A stretch of 11,466 nt of DNA from a virus. A program made the position numbers and the translations under genes. The stretch lies in the UHGV virus genome UHGV-0306748. One strand, written 5' to 3'. The notes below the pieces were generated by a model, which was given only the letters and a program-made list of their open reading frames with translations, searched no databases and had not been told where the DNA came from. This document shows positions 1 through 5,072 of the stretch, piece by piece; the stretch's first letter is position 1; each line of letters starts with the position of its first letter.

Positions 1-631
1 TAGCTCGAAAGAGATTAGCCGCCAGTTCTGTTGAACCCATATGATCCAGGATCTTCTGATTCTTTTTCAGCCCCTTCCGCTGATGAATAGCTTTCTGATC
101 TAATCCACCATACAGCCCCCGGTAACCATGATTCTGAAATATGGCGAAATCGATAGCTGTCGCTCCCCCAGCTTGCTGCGCTGCCTCAACCAATTGTTTG
201 TTATGTTCTTTCAATTCATTTCTCAGAAAAAGACGCTTTTCGTCTTCACGAAGTTGCCTGAAAGCTTCATCGTCAGCCAGCTCCTGCCGTCGGGTCTGGA
301 TAGCAAAATAAGTTTGCCCTGCCGCAATAACCGGTTTCGCAGGGTCGCCGTTTTGTACTACCAGGTAACAGGCATAGCGGGAGAGATGAACATCTTCAAG
401 TTCTCGTTGAGCCCCTGAACCTAATACAACCATTTTGGTGGTTTCAACGAAATGGTCAGATGCAGCTTGATTGCTGGCTTCGCACGCTTGAGTCGCGCGG
501 GCCAGTACCTTTTGAAAATTGCGCCAGTCCCGATAATCCAGTAACGGTGCCAATTCTCTAGCTGACCAAAATTCTTGCCCTTCAGTGCCATAATGCCGTA
601 TTTCTTCAAAAGGTTGATGATGTTCGTTCAT
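1..631 (-). CDS. dinD: DNA-damage-inducible protein D (DinD) homolog, copy 1; 3' end lies outside the window (partial)
   Basis: Manual minus-strand translation from ATG at 631 gives MNEHHQPFEEIRHYGTEGQEFWSARELAPLLDYRDWRNFQKVLARATQAC...ILDHMGSTELAANLFRA with no stop before position 1. It is absent from the ORF track only because its stop is outside the window. An in-frame ATG at 643 would add MEWA. About 80% identical to the 975..1799 ORF. The N-terminus matches my recollection of E. coli DinD. Confidence 0.7.
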   Translation of the reverse strand, partial: MNEHHQPFEEIRHYGTEGQEFWSARELAPLLDYRDWRNFQKVLARATQACEASNQAASDHFVETTKMVVLGSGAQRELEDVHLSRYACYLVVQNGDPAKPVIAAGQTYFAIQTRRQELADDEAFRQLREDEKRLFLRNELKEHNKQLVEAAQQAGGATAIDFAIFQNHGYRGLYGGLDQKAIHQRKGLKKNQKILDHMGSTELAANLFRA

Positions 632-676
632 TGCCCACTCCATGTGATATCGATTGCAAAGAAAGTAAATCTGTAA

Positions 677-692
677 CTGTATTTATATACAG
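677..692. promoter_or_regulatory. LexA (SOS) box, CTGT-N8-ACAG
   Basis: CTGTATTTATATACAG is a perfect match to the E. coli LexA operator consensus, about 40-50 bp upstream of the copy-1 dinD start. dinD is a known LexA-regulated gene. Confidence 0.65.
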
Positions 693-782
693 TTGTGAGT
701 ATCTCACGTTCTCAGTGTGCTGGGCAAAAAAACATCGCAAAATCTGGAGCAGGCACGAAAAACAGAATTGAAAGTTGCGGGG

Positions 783-816
783 AAGAAAAATGCCGCTCTG
801 TTTGAGTGGGCGGCAT
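783..816 (-). terminator. Candidate rho-independent terminator downstream of dinD copy 2
   Basis: 7-bp inverted repeat ATGCCGC / GCGGCAT (790-796 / 810-816) with a 13-nt loop. On the minus strand it is followed by TTTTCTTCC (complement of 781-789). About 160 nt past the 975 stop. Confidence 0.35.
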
Positions 817-974
817 TTGTGAAGGCTGAAAAGTAAGAATTAGTGTTACGAGTTATGAATCTGTTTATTGAGTAGGTTGATTAAAGCTGCGTGGTTGCTG
901 GTTTTTTTGTAATGCATTTTTTCATTAGGTACACCCTTGTGTACACCGTAAAGTGATGTGCTTAAAGGCTGCGT

Positions 975-1799
975 CTATTTTTTATCCAGCTTCTTGGCGG
1001 CAGATTCTAATTGTTTGATGCTTTTTTCCGGTACGGGCAGATTCTCTGGCATTGTCCCGCCTAGCTCCTGGATTGTTTGCCTAACTTTCCGGCCGACCTC
1101 GAAGTGAGTTTCATTAGCTTTTTGCTTCGATTTAACATTATCTCTGCGGAGCTTTTCTTCTGCCTGAGTCGCTCGGAACAGGTTGGCTGCCAATTCGGTA
1201 GAACCCATGTGATCGAGTATCTTTTGGCTCTTTTTAAGACCTTTTCGCTGATGGATAGCCTTTTGGTCTAACCCGCCATAAAGCCCCTTGTATCCGTGAT
1301 TCTGGAAGATTGCAAAGTCCAATGTTGTTTCAACACCAGCTTGCTGTGCTGCCTCAACAAGTTGCTTGTTGTGTTCCTTTAACTCGTTTCGGAGAAAAAG
1401 GCGCTTTTGATCCTCGCGGAGTCGCTTGAATGTTTCATCGTCAGCTAGTTCCTGCCGTCTGGTCTGTATTGCAAAATATGTTTGCCCAGCAGCAATAACT
1501 GGCTTGCTAGGATCGCCGTTCTGCACAACTAGATAGCAGGCATATCTGGACAAATGAACATCTTCCAACTCTCGTTGGGCACCAGACCCTAGAACAACCA
1601 TTTTGGTGGTATCAACGAAATGGTCTGAAACCTCTTGGTTGCTGGTTTCACACGCCTGAGCTGCTCGTGATAGAACGTTTTGAAAGTTTCGCCAATCTCG
1701 ATAATCCAGTAGTGGTGCCAAATCTCTTGCTGACCAATATTCCTGCCCTTCGCTTCCATATTGTCGTAAGTCTTCAAATGGTTGATGGTGCTCGTTCAT
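975..1799 (-). CDS. DinD-family protein, diverged paralog (copy 2), 274 aa
   Basis: Complete ORF in the track; MNEHHQPFEDLRQYGSEGQEYWSARDLAPLLDYRDWRNFQ... is collinear with copy 1 over its full length. No LexA box in its upstream region (1800-1933). Confidence 0.8.
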   Translation of the reverse strand: MNEHHQPFEDLRQYGSEGQEYWSARDLAPLLDYRDWRNFQNVLSRAAQACETSNQEVSDHFVDTTKMVVLGSGAQRELEDVHLSRYACYLVVQNGDPSKPVIAAGQTYFAIQTRRQELADDETFKRLREDQKRLFLRNELKEHNKQLVEAAQQAGVETTLDFAIFQNHGYKGLYGGLDQKAIHQRKGLKKSQKILDHMGSTELAANLFRATQAEEKLRRDNVKSKQKANETHFEVGRKVRQTIQELGGTMPENLPVPEKSIKQLESAAKKLDKK

Positions 1800-1933
1800 T
1801 GCTCACTCCATGTATTGGCTTGATGTTCAAGTGTGGTGACTTTTACTGGCGCTACTGCTAGCGGAGAGACTCAATATCTCACATCCTGATTAATGTATGA
1901 TAGAGGTATCCCACAATAAGGAACCTGCCAGCC

Positions 1934-2293
1934 ATGAGAATGACCAGCCGCAAAAAAGAGATACTCAGCTACTTTGAACCTGATAGCCTCGATTGGGTTA
2001 CTGGTGAGATTGGTGCGCCGCCGTTCGATGTGTCGGGTGTGGCCTACCTGCTTCATGGCATGGTGTCGTTCGATAAGCGTCACCAGCTCGAATCAACCCG
2101 GCGCACACTGGAAAGCATGGTTGCTGGTGGGCTGCTTGAGCGGGTGACAGTGTATGAATCGCGCCAGATACGGCGCGGCGGTGAGACTAACGCAACGGTC
2201 GTGCGCTACGGTTTACCCGGTCAGTGCGCTGTTATGCGCGATACTGGCGGCGCTGATAACGCAATATCAGGTGAATACATGCGGGTCAGTTAA
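1934..2293 (+). CDS. Hypothetical protein, 119 aa, possibly winged-helix-like
   Basis: Only sizeable plus-strand ORF that does not lie inside another gene. AAGGAA sits 10 nt upstream of the ATG. The segment LESMVAGGLLERVTVYE resembles a wHTH recognition helix and wing. Its 3' end overlaps the convergent 2286..2828 gene by 8 nt. No family recognised. Confidence 0.45.
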   Translation: MRMTSRKKEILSYFEPDSLDWVTGEIGAPPFDVSGVAYLLHGMVSFDKRHQLESTRRTLESMVAGGLLERVTVYESRQIRRGGETNATVVRYGLPGQCAVMRDTGGADNAISGEYMRVS

Positions 2294-2828
2294 TAGCCTG
2301 CAATCTGTCGTTGATGCGGCTCAGGTCGTAAACCCGGCGTTCAATATCCAGCATCAGGAAATTGTGGATCTCGGCCTGCTCAGGATTATCAGACTCTCTG
2401 GCCTGTAATAGCAATTCATTGTAACCATGCAAGCCGCCTGAGTTTTCCGCCGGGGTGGTGCCTTTCCCACGCAGGCAGCTAATAGGCTGATTGCTCGTAT
2501 CGTGTGTTTGCTTCTCCAGCACAATGACGCAATCCCACCAGTTGCCAAAGTCATACGTGTAAACCAGCTTGTCACCATCATTCTGGAGCGCTGCCCATAG
2601 TGGTGTGATTGCCGCATTACCCATGCTTTCATCCTCACCCCATACGCGATACTCGCTACCGGGATCACCTTTACGCCCTTTCTCGAACATATACAGGTGT
2701 TCGTCATTCCAGCCAAAAGCCAACTGGATCACCGCGTGAAGTTCACTAAAGGGGATTTGCTCTGGAACCAGCACACGCCGCCATATAGGTGGTTTGCTGT
2801 CTCGGATGGTTATCTTTAGCTGGTACAT
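2286..2828 (-). CDS. pRiA4b ORF-3-like family protein, 180 aa
   Basis: N-terminus MYQLKITIRDSKPPIWRRVLVP...LHAVIQLAFGWNDEHLYMF matches the signature I recall for this family (YQLK-[IV]-x-L...PP-[IV]-WRR...GW..HL..F). ATG start at 2828. Confidence 0.7.
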   Translation of the reverse strand: MYQLKITIRDSKPPIWRRVLVPEQIPFSELHAVIQLAFGWNDEHLYMFEKGRKGDPGSEYRVWGEDESMGNAAITPLWAALQNDGDKLVYTYDFGNWWDCVIVLEKQTHDTSNQPISCLRGKGTTPAENSGGLHGYNELLLQARESDNPEQAEIHNFLMLDIERRVYDLSRINDRLQAIN

Positions 2829-2948
2829 GCAAATCCTGAATAAATGCGAATCGGAAGGATAACGATACTGACGTACTCACAATTCTGTAAAGGTGAATAA
2901 AGGAAATTTGCTTAATACGCATAAGTTACATGCGGAATAATCCCGTAT

Positions 2949-3134
2949 CTACCTGCGCGGCGCTGGCTTCTTCCACTGGTAGGCAGGTGCTCGCATCATT
3001 TCGCGGAACCTGTCGCGCCGGGCTATATCGGCATTAACTGAGCGTTCTATCTCCCGTTGATCTGCCTGTGTAAGCTGGTGGCCTCCGTGCTCAAGTTTGG
3101 CGATGGTCAATAAGGCTATTTCGCGTGGTGTCAT
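2949..3134 (-). CDS. Hypothetical small protein, 61 aa
   Basis: ORF with ATG start and a GAGGG-like SD 8 nt upstream. Basic C-terminus. No family recognised. Confidence 0.4.
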   Translation of the reverse strand: MTPREIALLTIAKLEHGGHQLTQADQREIERSVNADIARRDRFREMMRAPAYQWKKPAPRR

Positions 3135-3267
3135 ACGTCATACCCTCTGGAAGGATGAAACACGCCCGGATTAAATTTCATTTTTCGCGGGTATAAAAAA
3201 ACGATGGGGCGGGCAGTCCCGGACAGTCAGGGCTGTAGAGATTTGACTACCCCCTCCCGCTGGTGGT

Positions 3268-3549
3268 CTACCTTTGCCTCTTGCCGCCATTTAACCGGAA
3301 GGCGTTACCGTTCGGTTGCGCTATCCCCATGCGGTGTTGCGTTTCGGTAACAGCTTTATGCAGGTCGCCAAAGCCCTCAACCTTTACAGGCGGGCGCTTC
3401 ACGTTCTCCAGACACGTTTCACGGCGGCGCTTTATCCATTCCCGATCATCGTCCTCGGTGCATAACAGCATGACTTCCATCCATCGCGCTGCGGCGCGTC
3501 GGTACAGCCCTTTTGCTTCCAGATCCTCGGCTTTACTGTCGTTTACCAT
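3268..3549 (-). CDS. PerC-family transcriptional activator-like protein, 93 aa
   Basis: The segment AEDLEAKGLYRRAAARWMEVMLLCTEDDDREWIKRRRETCL matches the PerC-family pattern as I recall it. Strong SD (GGGGGAG, 6-nt spacer) before the ATG at 3549. Confidence 0.65.
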   Translation of the reverse strand: MVNDSKAEDLEAKGLYRRAAARWMEVMLLCTEDDDREWIKRRRETCLENVKRPPVKVEGFGDLHKAVTETQHRMGIAQPNGNAFRLNGGKRQR

Positions 3550-3762
3550 GTTTATCTCCCCCAGAATGGCGTTTCATCGTCGAATGGTGGGCGTTGGTCA
3601 AAATCATCAGGGGTATTATATAACTCCCATCCCGGCGCGGATTGTGTTGCGTGGCCTCCTGTGTGCCTGTAGCCTGGCTGATTCCGGTAATACTGCGGAG
3701 TTAGGTCTACCGGCATAGCTTACCCGTGGAGAAATGAATCATCGAATGAGTTTGGTCGGGAG

Positions 3763-4434
3763 TTATTCCACCAGCAAAAATGGCGTTGCCCGGTCTATGA
3801 CGTTGATGCCAATTAACGAGCTAACATTTCGACCATTCACAATGCTATCCCGTTCAAGCAAATGCGCTATTTTTTCTACTTCATACCAGTATTGAGCCAT
3901 GAGGGCTTTGGTCTTTTCAACGAGTTTAGAAAGTATTAACTCCCTGTTAATTCGCTTATCTGTAGCGCAGATTAAATCGAGCATGTCATTTACGTTAGCC
4001 ATGTCATAGCGATGAGGTAGCGAATACTTTTTGTTGAAAATATCGTTGTTTTCGTAAAGGGCTTCGCTTACTGGTCCGGCGAGGGATACAAAAGCAGCCT
4101 TTTTTGCATCGCGCTTTATACCATCCGCATAGTAACGTATGAAAGGGATAACTTTACCATTCTGCCCAACTACACCAGATTTACTATCCCGCAAACGCCC
4201 GAGATCGTGGCTGTGAATTATGCTGTGTTTAACAACGCCCAAACACTTGGCCTCATGTACATGTTCGCCAGCAACGTAACCGTATTCATCCATAACGGCG
4301 ATAACCTGTATATCTAAGCGAATAAGCCATGCAGCTACTGCATGTCCCGCTTCGTGGAATGCTACACATCGTTTACCATCACCTATCCAGTTATAGAACA
4401 TTTCATGCTCATATATCTGGTGAATGGCGCCCAT
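3763..4434 (-). CDS. Standalone FtsH-like (peptidase M41) zinc-metallopeptidase domain protein, 223 aa; no AAA+ or transmembrane region
   Basis: HEAGH zinc-binding motif at nt 4342..4356 (confirmed on the DNA) in the FtsH-like context AFHEAGHAVAAWL. A downstream MANVNDM segment resembles the FtsH GASNDI region that holds the third zinc ligand. C-terminal helices resemble the FtsH M41 C-terminus. Its ATG overlaps the upstream gene's stop (TAATG). Confidence 0.7.
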   Translation of the reverse strand: MGAIHQIYEHEMFYNWIGDGKRCVAFHEAGHAVAAWLIRLDIQVIAVMDEYGYVAGEHVHEAKCLGVVKHSIIHSHDLGRLRDSKSGVVGQNGKVIPFIRYYADGIKRDAKKAAFVSLAGPVSEALYENNDIFNKKYSLPHRYDMANVNDMLDLICATDKRINRELILSKLVEKTKALMAQYWYEVEKIAHLLERDSIVNGRNVSSLIGINVIDRATPFLLVE

Positions 4435-4607
4435 TACGCGCCCTCGCTTGCCAGTGAGGCCAGCGCCTTATCCATTAATCCCCGAGCAATTTCGTGGATC
4501 GTTGGCGCAACTCCTACCTCTGATTTTTTACGCTGCTCCTCCTGAATTTTCTTTATCGCTTCCATTTGCTTCTCACTTATCAATACCGGCTTTACTGAAA
4601 TAGCCAT
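4434..4607 (-). CDS. Small ribbon-helix-helix-like DNA-binding protein, 57 aa from ATG at 4607
   Basis: MAISVKPVLISEKQMEAIKKIQEEQRKKSEVGVAPTIHEIARGLMDKALASLASEGA has a strand-helix-turn-helix layout typical of RHH (CopG/Arc-like) proteins. AAGGGG SD 4-5 nt before the ATG. The track's TTG start at 4634 is probably an over-extension. Translationally coupled to the peptidase gene. Confidence 0.5.
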   Translation of the reverse strand: MAISVKPVLISEKQMEAIKKIQEEQRKKSEVGVAPTIHEIARGLMDKALASLASEGA

Positions 4608-4639
4608 AACGCCCCTTAGAACTGTATAAAACAACAGTT

Positions 4640-4700
4640 ATTATAGTTTCACAAATAGCAATATTTATCACCGTAATTGCAAAATATGAAACAAATAGCA
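4640..4700 (-). promoter_or_regulatory. Candidate promoter/operator region for the RHH-peptidase pair
   Basis: Minus-strand TATAAT at 4645..4640, about 33 nt upstream of the ATG. Two 10-bp direct repeats ACAAATAGCA (4651-4660 and 4691-4700) lie 40 bp apart. No convincing -35 hexamer at 17-bp spacing. Confidence 0.3.
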
Positions 4701-4701
4701 C

Positions 4702-4734
4702 AAAAAAATGCCGCCGCTCAGTAGCTGGTGGCAT
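4702..4734 (-). terminator. Candidate rho-independent terminator for the alpha operon
   Basis: 8-bp stem (4708-4715 / 4727-4734; 7 of 8 pairs) with an 11-nt loop, followed on the minus strand by six T (complement of 4702-4707). It lies between the iteron cluster and the RHH promoter. Confidence 0.4.
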
Positions 4735-4809
4735 CGTTCTGTGTGTCAAGTTTTGACAAGTTTCGTTTTAAGCTCACCCCCCCATAGAATCTTTTTGGGG
4801 GTGTAATAT

Positions 4810-5057
4810 CCCTACCAATCCCTACTAACTGGCTCATGCCACGAATGGCAAGGCTTTCAGACTGGTAGGCATTCAATTTTGTTGCCCTACATAACCCTAC
4901 TTATCCCTACTAAATCACTTCAACGGCATTTTACTGCCTGTTTTATTTGGTAGGGATATGTAGGGATAAGTAGGGATAAAAATATATATCCCTACCTAGT
5001 TTAAAGCCTTGCTACGTCTGGCCTCGTCTCGTTTTTAGTAGGGCAGTAGGGATAAGT
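4810..5057. repeat. Iteron cluster; putative replication origin for the alpha-like primase-helicase
   Basis: About 11 copies of a GTAGGG(ATA) / (TAT)CCCTAC core in both orientations. Three CCCTAC copies begin at 4885, 4895 and 4905 and three TAGGGATA copies at 4951, 4961 and 4971 (10-bp phasing). Others are at 4812, 4822, 4992, 5040 and 5049. An AT-rich stretch AAAAATATATAT sits at 4978-4989. Confidence 0.6.
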
Positions 5058-5072
5058 GCCGCCGTAAAAGTT

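Noticed and set aside
421-609. 62-aa ORFs in the +1 frame of both dinD copies (421..609 and 1589..1777), with the same relative start and stop
   Set aside because: They lie entirely inside the conserved dinD coding sequence. With about 80% identity between the copies, retention of an open alternative frame is not strongly improbable, and there is no SD or recognisable protein pattern. Most likely a by-product of dinD conservation.
640-975. Search for a tRNA or attachment site between the dinD copies, and for any tRNA in the window
   Set aside because: I saw no tRNA-like T-arm motif (GTTCGAATC-type) or cloverleaf anywhere by eye, so no att site can be assigned. A proper tRNA scan would be needed to be sure.
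128-1861. Plus-strand ORFs 128..418, 1077..1271 and 1667..1861, antisense to or overlapping the dinD copies
   Set aside because: They are antisense to well-supported dinD coding sequence or straddle a promoter region; no independent support.
1871-2083. 70-aa minus-strand ORF overlapping the 5' half of the 119-aa plus-strand gene
   Set aside because: It overlaps the better-supported plus-strand ORF and has no SD. It is retained as an alternative only if the 119-aa gene proves spurious.
2154-2716. ORFs 2154..2408 (+) and 2354..2716 (-) overlapping the pRiA4b-ORF3-like gene
   Set aside because: They are alternative frames of a gene with a recognisable N-terminal signature; no independent support.
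3263-3718. 151-aa plus-strand ORF overlapping the PerC-like gene
   Set aside because: It is antisense to a gene with a recognisable family signature and a strong SD. Its translation is Ser/Arg/Cys-rich with no recognisable pattern.
4810-5057. Possibility that the GTAGGG/CCCTAC repeat cluster is a CRISPR array
   Set aside because: The repeat units are only 6-10 bp, occur in both orientations and are separated by 2-4 bp rather than uniform 30-40 bp spacers. This is iteron-like architecture, not CRISPR.
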